DNA of 64,000 nucleotides from Candidatus Gastranaerophilales bacterium (GTDB lineage Bacteria; Cyanobacteriota; Vampirovibrionia; Gastranaerophilales; Gastranaerophilaceae): NCBI GenBank assembly GCA_947857085.1, contig CANUDF010000001.1, positions 3,841 to 67,840 of the forward strand, read 5' to 3'. Shown piece by piece: positions 54,452 to 64,000 of this stretch (position 1 is its first letter; each line of letters starts with the position of its first letter). The notes under the pieces were generated by a model. It saw only the letters and a program-made list of their open reading frames with translations, ran no database searches and was not told where the DNA came from. The position numbers and the translations under genes were made by a program.

Positions 54452-56731
54452 TCATGATTTTAAAAGTTCAAACAGTCTGAATTCGCTATTTTTCAGCTCA
54501 TTTATAATTAAGTCATGCCCGCAGTTATCACAAATAACTTTTTCAAATTTATCATTTTTAAGCACATGTTCTCCAACTATAGTATAATCTACAGGAAGAT
54601 GAACAACTTTATCAAATACACTGTTACCCTCTTCCCATTCTTGATAAGAGCAGCCATTTTCATCTGTTTTACAGACTTTTTCAACAGGATATTTATAGTT
54701 TACAGTAACAAGAAAAGCTGTTTTGCAAGGTTCTTTTGTGACAAGCCATGCTGCAAACCCGTCGTCACTCTGTTCAATAACCTGAGCCTCGCCTTCTGTT
54801 ATAACAGGCTGTGATTTTACAAACATATCAATTGCGTTGAATTTATCATAAAAAGCCTGATTATTTTCTCTCGGCATGGAAACTTCTTCCCCGATAGCAT
54901 GCTCTATACCACGCTGAGTAAAGCTTTCATCACCATCAACATAAAGCATTGGTCTTTGTGCATATTTTCCGCCCGGCAAAAATTTATATTTAAACCATTT
55001 AAACAATGCTCCGTCTTCTCCCAGCTGCCCCGGATACTGATCAATACATCTGAATTCGCCGTCTTGGTTATTATATGTTTTTAATATAGACAAAAACTGA
55101 CCCTGTTTAAATTTAACATTATAATTTGTCAAATACTGATTATCTTCCATAATTTTTTCCGGAGATTTTTCAAACTGGGACACAATGTCATTACCCCATA
55201 AAATATCAAAAGCCATGTCTTCATGATATTCTTTGTAATAACAATCCCAGAGCATATATTCTGCTAATGCCGCAAAATAAGGAACTTTAGCTTTCATAGC
55301 CCTGTTCAAACGTCCCAGAACGACCCTTGGCGCCCTGTAACTAATAGGTGTGCCGTTACATTCAGAAACACTATCCACAATATGGTCAATATGATCTACA
55401 CGATACCCATCAAAGTTATATTGAGCCTGCAAATCTTTCAAGTAATTAATAAAGAATTCTATAACTGGTTCATTAAAATTCCCGCTTTCCAAAAATGCAA
55501 AATAATAAGGTGTCTGGCAATCTAAATTAGCAAAACAGGAAACATCTTCACCTTTATAATCATAATGTTTAAATGTCGGATAACCGCCGCATTCACTCAT
55601 TTTATCATAAACCGGTACTCCTGCAGAACACCATGCTCCGCCGGGTGCCGGCCATAAGCCCTCTTTAATAAGTTCCTGAATAATATCAAGCTGTTTAGTT
55701 ATATCATTTTCCGTTAATTTTTTATCCGGTTTTACATTTTCAATTTTTGCAACAATATCTTTTACTCTTTTGTGCAGTTTTATCTGCGGCTGCTTTTCCA
55801 GCATTTTTTCAGAATATTCTTTTTTAAATTCATCCATTTTTGTTTCAAATGTATTAAATATATTCTGATAATACTCGCTCAAATCACCAGACGCGCCGCC
55901 TTGCCTGTAAATCCCCTTTACTACGTCTATATCTTCAGCATCAAAGACATCTTCCATTATCTTTGCAACATCATCAACTTTTTTATCCAATTCTTTTTGA
56001 AGAGCAGATATATCAAACCAGCGGGCAATATATGGATTTGCAAGCACTGCTTTTGAAAACCTTCCTGTCTGAGGCAGGACATCATAAATAACGGGATGGC
56101 CTGCAAGCTGTGCCATTTGTATAAAAATCTTAACCTGTCCTTTTGCATCAAGCCCTGTGATCTTTTGAATATTCCCGTCTAAAAGATTTTCGCTGACATC
56201 CGAACTTTTGGGAAGATATGCACATCCAAATTCTCTTGGATGAAACGGTATAAGATAAATTGTTGTGTTAAATATATTATTTTCAAGATTACCGGAGGGT
56301 AATATCAAAAGCTGCTTTAGCCAGTCGATAAATTTTCCTGCTTCACCCTTTTTATTTCCTAACCCCGCGAGGTTAATTAATTTTATATCATGCCCTTCTT
56401 TTTTTATCCAGTCGGAATTTTTAATATTATTACGGGCAAGAACACTTACTTTATCATTATCAAAAATGAATTTGCCATCCTTAAACACACCATTTTGTAT
56501 CCATTTTTCCTGCAAGGCAAATAATGTTTCTGCCGGTGTAATTTCATCAAGAGCTTTAAAATACGGGTAAGGGAGATAGCCGTTATCCGAAACGACAGAT
56601 TTTAGATATTCTTTACGGTCGGCCGGAATATTATCAATATCAAATTCAGATATTAATTTTGAATAAATTTCGTTTAATTTTAAGTCTAATCTTTCATTAG
56701 CCTGCTTTTTGCCAAATAAAAATTCAAACAT
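54452..56731 (-). CDS. Alpha-amylase (GH13)-like glycoside hydrolase family protein
   Basis: FDGYRVDHIDH resembles GH13 region II (GFRxDxxxH), followed by ALAEYMLW and YNNQDGEF (region III and IV-like). It is 759 aa. Confidence 0.5.
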   Translation of the reverse strand: MFEFLFGKKQANERLDLKLNEIYSKLISEFDIDNIPADRKEYLKSVVSDNGYLPYPYFKALDEITPAETLFALQEKWIQNGVFKDGKFIFDNDKVSVLARNNIKNSDWIKKEGHDIKLINLAGLGNKKGEAGKFIDWLKQLLILPSGNLENNIFNTTIYLIPFHPREFGCAYLPKSSDVSENLLDGNIQKITGLDAKGQVKIFIQMAQLAGHPVIYDVLPQTGRFSKAVLANPYIARWFDISALQKELDKKVDDVAKIMEDVFDAEDIDVVKGIYRQGGASGDLSEYYQNIFNTFETKMDEFKKEYSEKMLEKQPQIKLHKRVKDIVAKIENVKPDKKLTENDITKQLDIIQELIKEGLWPAPGGAWCSAGVPVYDKMSECGGYPTFKHYDYKGEDVSCFANLDCQTPYYFAFLESGNFNEPVIEFFINYLKDLQAQYNFDGYRVDHIDHIVDSVSECNGTPISYRAPRVVLGRLNRAMKAKVPYFAALAEYMLWDCYYKEYHEDMAFDILWGNDIVSQFEKSPEKIMEDNQYLTNYNVKFKQGQFLSILKTYNNQDGEFRCIDQYPGQLGEDGALFKWFKYKFLPGGKYAQRPMLYVDGDESFTQRGIEHAIGEEVSMPRENNQAFYDKFNAIDMFVKSQPVITEGEAQVIEQSDDGFAAWLVTKEPCKTAFLVTVNYKYPVEKVCKTDENGCSYQEWEEGNSVFDKVVHLPVDYTIVGEHVLKNDKFEKVICDNCGHDLIINELKNSEFRLFELLKS

Positions 56732-56883
56732 GATACTGTCTCCCTAATAGTAAATTTAATTGTACCACGAAATATATTTTTTTAAAATCGTCTGATTTTT
56801 TGGCAATATAGTACAGGTGGGTAATGGATTAAATATCCCGGCTATTCTTAAATTGACTTATTAAAGAAAAGAGGTATTTACAA

Positions 56884-57573
56884 ATGACAAATTCAAAAGA
56901 TGCAAAAAAGCCTGAAACAATCAAAATCGTGATTGTAGAAGATTTTAAACTAACACGTGTAGGCTTAAGATGTGCGCTTAACGCAAATGAAGACATGAAT
57001 GTTGTAGGTGAATCAGAAGATGCAATTGAGGGCTTAAAGTTAATTGAAAGAACAAAACCTGATGTTGTACTGATGGATTTAGGTCTGCCCGGCATGAATG
57101 GTATCGAGGCAATGCTAAAAATCAGAGAGTTTTCCAATGATATTAAAATAATTGCACTTACTTCGCATGACAGGGAAGAAGAAGTTATCGCCGCCTTAAG
57201 TTCAGGAGCAAACGCATACTGTCTGAAAGACATAGATCCTCAAAAACTTGCTGACGTCGTAAGAGATGTTGCTGACGGCGTGTGCTGGATTGACCCTGTT
57301 GTTGCTCAAATGGCATTAAATTCTCTGCCAAAAGTAGAAAATATAGGATTTCTTCCAAATAAAGCACAATCAGAAGGCAGAGTTCCACTGACAGAAAGAG
57401 AATTTGAAGTACTAAAACACCTTGTAACAGGCAAAAGCAATACAGAAATAGCAAAAGAACTAATTGTAAGTGTTCATACAGCAAAAGCACACGTATGCTC
57501 TATATTGCAAAAGATGTGTGTAAACGACAGAGTACAGGCTGCTGTTAAAGCAGTAAAAGAGGGAATGGTCTGA
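56884..57573 (+). CDS. NarL/FixJ (LuxR)-family response regulator
   Basis: It has a receiver domain (IVIVEDF...PDVVLMDLGLPGMNG...KIIALTSH) and a C-terminal LuxR HTH (LTEREFEVLKHLVTGKSNTEIAKEL). No histidine kinase is adjacent. Confidence 0.85.
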   Translation: MTNSKDAKKPETIKIVIVEDFKLTRVGLRCALNANEDMNVVGESEDAIEGLKLIERTKPDVVLMDLGLPGMNGIEAMLKIREFSNDIKIIALTSHDREEEVIAALSSGANAYCLKDIDPQKLADVVRDVADGVCWIDPVVAQMALNSLPKVENIGFLPNKAQSEGRVPLTEREFEVLKHLVTGKSNTEIAKELIVSVHTAKAHVCSILQKMCVNDRVQAAVKAVKEGMV

Positions 57574-57591
57574 TTATTTTGTGTTGACATA

Positions 57592-57618
57592 AAAAAGCTC
57601 TCCTTTACGGAGAGCTTT
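57592..57618. terminator. Rho-independent terminator between convergent genes
   Basis: The hairpin aaaagctctcc-tttac-ggagagctttt is followed by a T-rich run. Confidence 0.7.
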
Positions 57619-57624
57619 TCTTTT

Positions 57625-58515
57625 TTATTTTTTATTTTTTCTTAATACAATTACCGCCACACCCATTAATATAAGAAAAACGCCTTCCGCAATTCTTAAA
57701 GAAAGATGTTCATGAAAAACTACAACACCAAAAAACAATGCTGTAATAGGTTCAAGTGCACCAAGCAAAGCCGTCTTTGTCGAACCAATAAGTTTTATAG
57801 CATTTGTAATAGTCTCAATGGAAACAACAGTTGGAATAATCGCCAGTGCTAATGCACATAACCACATAAACGGAGAGGTAAGCATTTGAAGCTGTGTGCA
57901 AAATTTAAGATTAAATATATAAATAAAAAGCCCGAAAAGCATGACATAAAAGGTTAAGATATTAGACTTCAAATGCCGAACCGAATTTATTTTTTTTACC
58001 CCGACAATATATACCGCATATGAAAGCGCGGAAAGAAAAACTGTCATAACACCTCTAATATTCAATCCGGCCGCCGGATTCCCTTTATAAAGCAGGGTTA
58101 GACCGGCAGATATTAACAGTATTGAAAAAGCAACAGATTTTGTAATTTTTTCTTTAAAGAACATTGCCATAATGATAGCAACCAGAAGAGGATATATAAA
58201 CAAAATTGTACAAGCTATTCCTGCATCAATATACTTAAAAGATTCAAATAAAAGTAATGAAGACGCTGAAAATAAAAGACCGAGAAAAAATAGGGCAACA
58301 ATAGCACTTTTAGGAACTGTAAGCGGCGTTTTTTTAACAAAAATAATCCATAATGCATAAATAAAAACAGCAAGACCATATCTGTAAAATAAAACAGAAT
58401 TAACGCCTATACCGCTAGAGTAAAGAGGTAATGCAAATAACGGGTTTGTACCGTAGCTTGCGGCAGCAACAGCACCGTAAATAAGCCCTGTGGAATGTCT
58501 TTGACTGAATTTCAT
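57625..58515 (-). CDS. EamA/DMT-superfamily transporter
   Basis: It is 296 aa with about 10 hydrophobic segments arranged as two EamA-like halves. Confidence 0.65.
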   Translation of the reverse strand: MKFSQRHSTGLIYGAVAAASYGTNPLFALPLYSSGIGVNSVLFYRYGLAVFIYALWIIFVKKTPLTVPKSAIVALFFLGLLFSASSLLLFESFKYIDAGIACTILFIYPLLVAIIMAMFFKEKITKSVAFSILLISAGLTLLYKGNPAAGLNIRGVMTVFLSALSYAVYIVGVKKINSVRHLKSNILTFYVMLFGLFIYIFNLKFCTQLQMLTSPFMWLCALALAIIPTVVSIETITNAIKLIGSTKTALLGALEPITALFFGVVVFHEHLSLRIAEGVFLILMGVAVIVLRKNKK

Positions 58516-58597
58516 AACTTTAATATCTCAACAAAAAAAATCTAATGTCAATAAACTTTTTAATAAAAAAGACATCATAAAGATGTCTTTTTGTATA

Positions 58598-58679
58598 TGG
58601 GCCCGGAGAGACTCGAACTCTCACACATTGCTGCGCTAGATCCTAAGTCTAGTGCGTCTACCAATTTCGCCACAGGCCC
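58598..58679 (-). tRNA. tRNA-Leu (anticodon TAG), long variable arm
   Basis: The reverse complement is GGGCCTGTGGCGAAATTGGTAGACGCACTAGACTTAGGATCTAGCGCAGCAATGTGTGAGAGTTCGAGTCTCTCCGGGCCCA. A terminator-like hairpin (gacatc/gatgtc) follows. Confidence 0.9.
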
Positions 58680-58801
58680 TTCTGTTAGCGCAATAATTTA
58701 AATTTATATTAATGGTAAACAAATGTCAAGTATTAGTTTAAAATTGCCATAGCAATTTTTTTATGTAATAATCAAATCATGTAATATTTTTGAGGTAGGA
58801 T

Positions 58802-60631
58802 ATGGATTACAGATTAAAGAATACAGTTTCTAAAGATGCTTTCAGATATGGTTATTTATTAAATAAAATTTTCCCTTATATAAGACCTTTCTGGGCAAGA
58901 ATAATTATAAACCTTATAATAGCAGTACCTTTAGGATTATTAGACGGTGTAGTGGCATTTTCTCTAAAACCATATATGGACTTGGTTATTAATGGAAATC
59001 CTGCTGTTACATACACAATTATGGGACATAATATTCAGGTTCAATCAAGCTTCGCTGCAATTATTCCTGTCGGTATTGTTTTGTTTGCAGCTTTTCAGGG
59101 AATTTTAAAATATGTCAGCCATTATTTAACAGACTGGCTCGGGCAAAGAATTTCAAACTCTTTGAAAGTTGACCTGTTTAAAAAGCTCACATCTTTAGAC
59201 CCGCAATTCTACGATGTTAATTCATCAGGACTTGTTTTGACAAGATTTTTATCAGATCCTGATACTGCGTCAAAAACAATTATTAATAATCTTCAAACTT
59301 TTATTTCAACAGCTTTTGGCATTGTGGGTCTTGTAGCAGTATTACTTTACAATTCTTGGCAGCTTGCAATTGTCGGTGTAACGATTATGGGACTGGCAAT
59401 TACACCTGTCACATTTATAAGAAAGAAAATTAAGACAGTTTCAAATGCAAGCATGGTTGTCGGCGGTAATATGACAACTAACTTTAACGAAACTTTTGCA
59501 GGCAACAAAATTATGGCAGCTTATAATTTGCAGCAAGACCAAAATCATAAATTTGAACACCAAATTCATGAACAGTTTGACCTTGCCATGTCTTTAACCA
59601 AACGTGTAGGCTGGATGTCTCCTATAATGTATTTTGTATGTTCAATCGGTATTGCTCTTGTATTCTGGTACGGAACTCATTTGATTTTAACAGGAGCTTT
59701 AACAGCGGGCAGCATGATGTCTTTTGTTACTTCATTATTATTATTATATAAACCTGTTAAAAATCTTGGTAATACCTTAACCGGTTTGCAATCTACATTT
59801 GTTGCTATGGGACGTGTATTTGAATTGTTTGATCTTGTTCCTTATATTAGAGATGAAGAAAATGCAATTGAAATACATGGACTTCGCAATGATATATTTT
59901 TCAATAATATTTCTTTTGAATATGAACCTGGAGTTCCTGTTTTGAAAAATGTTTCATTAAAGGTTAACAAGAACGAAACCATCGCATTAGTCGGCAATTC
60001 AGGCGGAGGAAAAAGTACCATTGTAAGCCTTTTACCGAGATTTTATGATGTGACAAAAGGTTCTATTGAATTTGATGGTATTGATATAAGACATTTCAAA
60101 CTTGAATCACTAAGAAAACAAATTTCTTTTGTATTTCAGGATAATTATTTATTTTCCGGAACTATCAAAGAAAATATATTAATGGGCAATGCTAATGCCA
60201 GTGATGAAGAAATTGAAAAAGTAGTAAGAATGGCACACCTTGATGAATTCATTTCAACCCTTGATAAAGGTCTTGAAACATATGTTGGAGAACGCGGAAC
60301 AACTCTTTCCGGCGGACAAAGACAGCGTGTAGCAATTGCAAGAGCAATGCTGAAAGATGCGCCCATTGTAATTTTGGATGAAGCAACATCTGCTCTGGAT
60401 AATCAATCTGAAGCTATTGTACAGAAAGCATTGGACAACTTAATACAAAATAAAACAGTATTTGTTATTGCCCATAGACTTTCTACTATCAAAAATGCAG
60501 ACAGAATTGCGGTTATAAATGAAGGTGAACTTGCCGAACTAGGTACACATGAACAATTAATGCAAATTGATAATGGTAAATATAAACATCTATACGAAAT
60601 GCAATTTAAAAAACAAGAGGAAGTATGCTAA
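58802..60631 (+). CDS. ABC transporter, fused permease/ATP-binding protein (MsbA-like exporter)
   Basis: It has a six-TM N-terminal half, Walker A GNSGGGKST, the signature LSGGQRQR and Walker B IVILDEATSALD. Confidence 0.85.
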   Translation: MDYRLKNTVSKDAFRYGYLLNKIFPYIRPFWARIIINLIIAVPLGLLDGVVAFSLKPYMDLVINGNPAVTYTIMGHNIQVQSSFAAIIPVGIVLFAAFQGILKYVSHYLTDWLGQRISNSLKVDLFKKLTSLDPQFYDVNSSGLVLTRFLSDPDTASKTIINNLQTFISTAFGIVGLVAVLLYNSWQLAIVGVTIMGLAITPVTFIRKKIKTVSNASMVVGGNMTTNFNETFAGNKIMAAYNLQQDQNHKFEHQIHEQFDLAMSLTKRVGWMSPIMYFVCSIGIALVFWYGTHLILTGALTAGSMMSFVTSLLLLYKPVKNLGNTLTGLQSTFVAMGRVFELFDLVPYIRDEENAIEIHGLRNDIFFNNISFEYEPGVPVLKNVSLKVNKNETIALVGNSGGGKSTIVSLLPRFYDVTKGSIEFDGIDIRHFKLESLRKQISFVFQDNYLFSGTIKENILMGNANASDEEIEKVVRMAHLDEFISTLDKGLETYVGERGTTLSGGQRQRVAIARAMLKDAPIVILDEATSALDNQSEAIVQKALDNLIQNKTVFVIAHRLSTIKNADRIAVINEGELAELGTHEQLMQIDNGKYKHLYEMQFKKQEEVC

Positions 60632-60960
60632 ATTTAATTATTAGAAAATGGATAGAACCTTACATGCTGCTTGAAAGCATTAAAGAAAAATCAACAATGG
60701 AAGAATTTACATTTGACGGCACAAACAAAGCAATTTTAAAAAGCCACTTTTTAAAACAGCTGAGGGAAACAAAAGGGTTTGGCCTGTACATGAAAAATGT
60801 AAATAAATTCTATCTATTTGAAACAGCCTGTAATGTAAAAGAACTCGTTTCAAAAGAATTTGAGCTTTCTGAAAATGACTACGAAATAACAGAAGATGAA
60901 CACAAGCCTTTTGACATGATTGATTCGGGCGAAGCTGAGGCATCCATAATAACATATTAA
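60625..60960 (+). CDS. Hypothetical protein
   Basis: This 111-aa ORF overlaps the ABC transporter stop by 7 nt. I saw no recognisable motifs. Confidence 0.35.
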   Translation: MLNLIIRKWIEPYMLLESIKEKSTMEEFTFDGTNKAILKSHFLKQLRETKGFGLYMKNVNKFYLFETACNVKELVSKEFELSENDYEITEDEHKPFDMIDSGEAEASIITY

Positions 60961-61037
60961 TATTTCTTAATAAATAAGCAATTTCCACTTAACAATATTC
61001 TTTATATAAATATAGAGGAAAAATTAAGGGGATAATT

Positions 61038-61754
61038 TTGAGTTTCTTTGTATTCAACAGTTTTTATACTCCGAATTTTCAGCCATTTTGCGGCTGCAAC
61101 AGCTTATTTCAATTCAATATGTCTCCTGCACCGATGCCGCAAATGTCGCTATTCGGCAATTTTTTCACTCCGCAATTTAACTTTTTCAGTTTTAATACAA
61201 TCTTTGCTCAACCGGCTCCATTGAATATATTTTATAATAATGTAACGCCTGTTATTCCTAAACCGCAAAGCACATTTAATCCTTTTAATTTTTCAAATAT
61301 TACGCAAAAACGCAAGGAACCACTTTCAAAAAGAGTAGATATAACAAAAAATAAAGCACTGCCTGAATTAAAAGAAGCAGGTTATAACAAAAGAAAGGGC
61401 AGAAAATTAGCAAAGGAAATAGCAAAAGTTTCCAGCCACAACGGATTTGATAATTATTGTGCAAGACACGTGAAAGAAGCCATTGCATCAGCTGGTCTCG
61501 GCGAGGTTAAACCAGGACACGCATATAATCTTGCCGGTATATTAGATGACAATAAAAACTTTAAAGAAATATCAACAGACGGTCTAGACTTAAAATCCTT
61601 ACCGGCTGGCTGTGTACTGGTCTATGATAAAGGTGTTTCCGGCTACAGTTCACAATACGGACATACAGAAATAACAATAGGCGATGGCACAGCAGGAAGC
61701 GGCGGAATAACCAATAATATAAGAAAAGGCGCACGAGTATTCATACCTGTTTAA
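61038..61754 (+). CDS. Papain-fold (CHAP/NlpC-P60-like) putative amidase with Phe/Asn/Pro-rich N-terminal region
   Basis: The C-terminal half has a candidate Cys (DNYCARHVKEAI) and His (SQYGHTEITIG) in the order seen in CHAP-like domains. The first ~90 aa are low complexity. Confidence 0.4.
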   Translation: MSFFVFNSFYTPNFQPFCGCNSLFQFNMSPAPMPQMSLFGNFFTPQFNFFSFNTIFAQPAPLNIFYNNVTPVIPKPQSTFNPFNFSNITQKRKEPLSKRVDITKNKALPELKEAGYNKRKGRKLAKEIAKVSSHNGFDNYCARHVKEAIASAGLGEVKPGHAYNLAGILDDNKNFKEISTDGLDLKSLPAGCVLVYDKGVSGYSSQYGHTEITIGDGTAGSGGITNNIRKGARVFIPV

Positions 61755-62311
61755 AAAATAGTATTTATCTGGTTTTCTAATTCTTGAACAGTAGTATTAT
61801 TATCAATAATAAAATCAACCCGCGCCAATTTTTCATCTTGCGGCATCTGTGATTTTATACGCTTAAGCGCGTACTCTTTAGAATAGCCGTTACGTGCCAT
61901 GACACGATTAAGCCGAATGTTTTCATCTGCTGCAACAAGAAGAATTTCGTCAAACATGTCTTGCATATTAGTCTCAAATAAAAGCGGAATCGAAACAAAA
62001 ACCGCTTTTTCGCCGGAATTTTGTTTAAAAAATTCATTTATCTTTTCTTTAATCTGCGGATGGAGAATATCTTCCAATTTTTTAAGCAGAGTTTTATCTG
62101 CAAAGACTATTTTTCCGAGTTTTTCACGCGAAATAGTTTTATTTTCAAAAATATCATAATTTTTAAAAACTTCTCTAACTTCTTCGCTTTTTTCTAAAAC
62201 TTCATGCCCCACAATATCGGAATCAAGGACTTTATAACCTTTTGCTTTTAATATATCTTCAACAGCAGATTTACCTGAAGCAATATTACCTGTAATAGCA
62301 ATCTTACGCAT
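61751..62311 (-). CDS. coaE: Dephospho-CoA kinase
   Basis: It is 186 aa with the P-loop ITGNIASGKSAV and DSDIVGHEV, typical of CoaE. Confidence 0.8.
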   Translation of the reverse strand: MRKIAITGNIASGKSAVEDILKAKGYKVLDSDIVGHEVLEKSEEVREVFKNYDIFENKTISREKLGKIVFADKTLLKKLEDILHPQIKEKINEFFKQNSGEKAVFVSIPLLFETNMQDMFDEILLVAADENIRLNRVMARNGYSKEYALKRIKSQMPQDEKLARVDFIIDNNTTVQELENQINTIF

Positions 62312-63038
62312 TTTTAGAAATCCTGTTTAAAAAGTTTCTTAACTCTTTAATTTGCTGCGGTTTAATAGGTTTAAATTCACCCCGTTTCAAACCGTCAATC
62401 TGAATTGTTGCGTGTTGTACACGTTTTAAAGATTTAACTTCGTAACCCAAATACTCAATCATCTTGCGAATTTGTCTATTCATCCCCTGATACAAAACAA
62501 TTTGCATCATTGTATGCTTATTATCTGCTTCTAGCACTGTAACATCAGCATAAGCAACTTTACCCGGTTCAATCTCAATACCTTTAGACATTTGTTCAAA
62601 TTCATGCGGATGCATTTTTGCATCAACAGAAACAATGTATATTTTAGGAACTTTCACAGACGGATGTGTAAGTTGGTTAATTAAATCCCCGTCATTAGTT
62701 AATATTAAAAGCCCGGTTGAATCTTTATCCAGACGTCCAACTGGTTTAAGATTATACATATTTTGAGGAAGCAAGTCATAAATTGTTTTTCTTCCTTTTT
62801 CATCCTCACAGGTTGTTATGTAACCGGCGGGTTTATAAAATTTGTAATATTCATGCTTTACAGGCCTGATAAGTTTTTGGTTAACAAATACTTTGTCTTT
62901 TTCCTGCACTAGATAACCGAGTTCCGTTACTTTTTTGCCATTGACTGCGACAACACCGCTTTCTATAAGTTCATCTGCTTTTCTTCTTGAGCATAAACCT
63001 GAGGATGCAATGTATTTATTTAAACGAGTACCGGACAT
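62304..63038 (-). CDS. Pseudouridine synthase, RsuA/RluB family (S4 domain)
   Basis: It has an N-terminal S4 domain (RLNKYIASSGLCSRRKADELI) and the catalytic GRLDKDSTGLLILTNDG motif. Confidence 0.8.
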   Translation of the reverse strand: MSGTRLNKYIASSGLCSRRKADELIESGVVAVNGKKVTELGYLVQEKDKVFVNQKLIRPVKHEYYKFYKPAGYITTCEDEKGRKTIYDLLPQNMYNLKPVGRLDKDSTGLLILTNDGDLINQLTHPSVKVPKIYIVSVDAKMHPHEFEQMSKGIEIEPGKVAYADVTVLEADNKHTMMQIVLYQGMNRQIRKMIEYLGYEVKSLKRVQHATIQIDGLKRGEFKPIKPQQIKELRNFLNRISKNA

Positions 63039-63442
63039 TTTAAAGCCCTTTCAAAAATTTCAGACAAAACCTGTGGCATTTTTCTGTATAATTTACCATT
63101 ATTATTAATTGCAACAACATCAACTAACGCCTCAATATAAGTCTTATTTGTCTCTTTTGATTTAATTAATTGCTTGAAAGTAACCGACAGGCTATTGTAT
63201 TTTTCAATCCAGGTTTCAATAATAATTTCATCATCAAGTTTTGCAGAAGCCTTATACTTAACATTCAGGTTAACAACAGGCAAAACAATATCCTGATTTT
63301 TTAAGCCGCTAAGATTTTGTCCTTGAGCTTCGCACCAGAGCACGCGTCCCATTTCAAGCCAGCGAAGATATGCACCATGCCAGACAACACCATAAGCGTC
63401 AGTATCGGAATAAAAAACTTTTTGTTTAAAAATATGTTTCAT
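63020..63442 (-). CDS. Acyl-CoA thioesterase, 4HBT/YbgC-like
   Basis: It is 140 aa, and VFYSDTDAYGVVWHGAYLRWLE is the hot-dog fold catalytic region. Confidence 0.7.
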   Translation of the reverse strand: MKHIFKQKVFYSDTDAYGVVWHGAYLRWLEMGRVLWCEAQGQNLSGLKNQDIVLPVVNLNVKYKASAKLDDEIIIETWIEKYNSLSVTFKQLIKSKETNKTYIEALVDVVAINNNGKLYRKMPQVLSEIFERALKCPVLV

Positions 63443-63475
63443 AAATTAATTATACCACAAAGAAAGGAGAAAAAT

Positions 63476-63628
63476 ATGCGTTTCAGATGTTTAGTATGCC
63501 AATGGATTTATGATGAAGCAAAAGAGGGAAGCCCGTTTGATGAATTGCCTCAGGATTGGGTCTGCCCTGTATGTCATGCAAGCCATGATAATTTTGAACT
63601 TATAGATGAGAATTGTGCAGGTGATTAA
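63476..63628 (+). CDS. Rubredoxin
   Basis: MRFRCLVCQWIYDE...WVCPVCHA has two CxxC pairs. AAAGGAGA precedes ATG 63476. The ORF-track start 63317 is antisense overlap. Confidence 0.8.
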   Translation: MRFRCLVCQWIYDEAKEGSPFDELPQDWVCPVCHASHDNFELIDENCAGD

Positions 63629-63735
63629 CCACCTGCTTAATTTTTATTAAAAAAACTCTTGACGATGAAAAATGTTTATAATACACTAATAACGTTCTCT
63701 TTATAGAGAAATTGATAACCAAATATAAGTATATC

Positions 63736-63812
63736 CGGGATGTGGCGCAGCTTGGTAGCGCACCTCGCTTGGGACGAGGGGGTCGCACGTTCAAATCGTG
63801 TCATCCCGACCA
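63736..63812 (+). tRNA. tRNA-Pro (anticodon TGG), CCA encoded
   Basis: CGGGATGTGGCGCAGCTTGGTAGCGCACCTCGCTTGGGACGAGGGGGTCGCACGTTCAAATCGTGTCATCCCGACCA folds into a cloverleaf with a CTTGGGA anticodon loop. Confidence 0.9.
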
Positions 63813-63816
63813 TTTA

Positions 63817-63845
63817 AAAAGACCGTCCTGAACGGTCTTTTCTTG
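63817..63845 (+). terminator. Rho-independent terminator after tRNA-Pro
   Basis: The hairpin aaaagaccgt-cctga-acggtctttt is followed by cttg. Confidence 0.7.
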
Positions 63846-63872
63846 TATAACATAATAAGAGGATTAGGGACA

Positions 63873-64000
63873 TTGGATTTTACAACATTAACTATTGAAT
63901 TATTAGGGAAATTGGCTTCGTTAGTCGGTAATTACGGCTGGGCAATAATTGTACTAACAATTATTGTAAGACTTTGCATGTGGCCTTTGAACGTATCCCA
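63873..64000 (+). CDS. yidC: Membrane protein insertase YidC, N-terminal fragment (runs off the window)
   Basis: An ORF from TTG 63873 reads ...LASLVGNYGWAIIVLTIIVRLCMWPLNVS, typical of the short-form YidC first TM region. AAGAGGA lies upstream. Confidence 0.55.
   Translation, partial: MDFTTLTIELLGKLASLVGNYGWAIIVLTIIVRLCMWPLNVS

Noticed and set aside
56884-57573. The LuxR-type response regulator is an orphan with no adjacent histidine kinase.
   Set aside because: Orphan response regulators are common. The receiver aspartate context (VVLMDLGLPG) looks normal, and nothing unusual is seen in the sequence.

Overview
This is an AT-rich bacterial chromosome segment. The gene content (several prepilin-type proteins, PilT, pyruvate:ferredoxin oxidoreductase, rubredoxin, an RpoD-family sigma factor) suggests an anaerobe, possibly Melainabacteria/Vampirovibrionia-like, but that taxonomy is inference only. 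Most of the window is housekeeping: recO, pilT, trxB, pgi, two tandem APC permeases, glyQ, rplS, rbgA, rnhB, mnmG, mtaB, nifJ, recN, coaE, the start of yidC, and tRNA-Asn, -Val, -Leu and -Pro.

The main feature is a roughly 14-kb island (about 25.4-39.4 kb) that is visibly more AT-rich than its flanks. It sits at the 3' end of tRNA-Asn(GTT) and is bounded by a ~47-bp imperfect direct repeat of the tRNA 3' half. I found no tyrosine or serine recombinase in it. It carries:
- a Mu-family transposition module: a MuA-like DDE transposase, a MuB/TniB-like AAA+ ATPase, a third HTH-like protein and a Mor-like regulator, bracketed by inverted ~20-bp end sites;
- a ParDE toxin-antitoxin pair;
- a single-HKD PLD-family nuclease;
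- a very compact four-gene cargo: a Dam-like methyltransferase (MTase), two paralogous alpha-class MTase modules (one fused to a C-terminal Mrr-type nuclease), and a DUF6119/TIGR04141-like protein.

I consider this cargo the best candidate for an undescribed restriction/defence system. The 0.74 kb between the PLD gene and the tRNA is non-coding and packed with three families of short repeats.

Other observations:
- Two pilin-like genes are each interrupted just after a strong SD+ATG by a C9 or G10 homopolymer. This is either phase variation or a homopolymer sequencing error.
- Five effector-like proteins share an N-terminal motif.
- One P-loop protein resembles animal-type phosphomevalonate kinase.
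- A tRNA-Val locus carries an att-scar-like duplication.

All family assignments come from motif recognition by eye, and no database search was possible.
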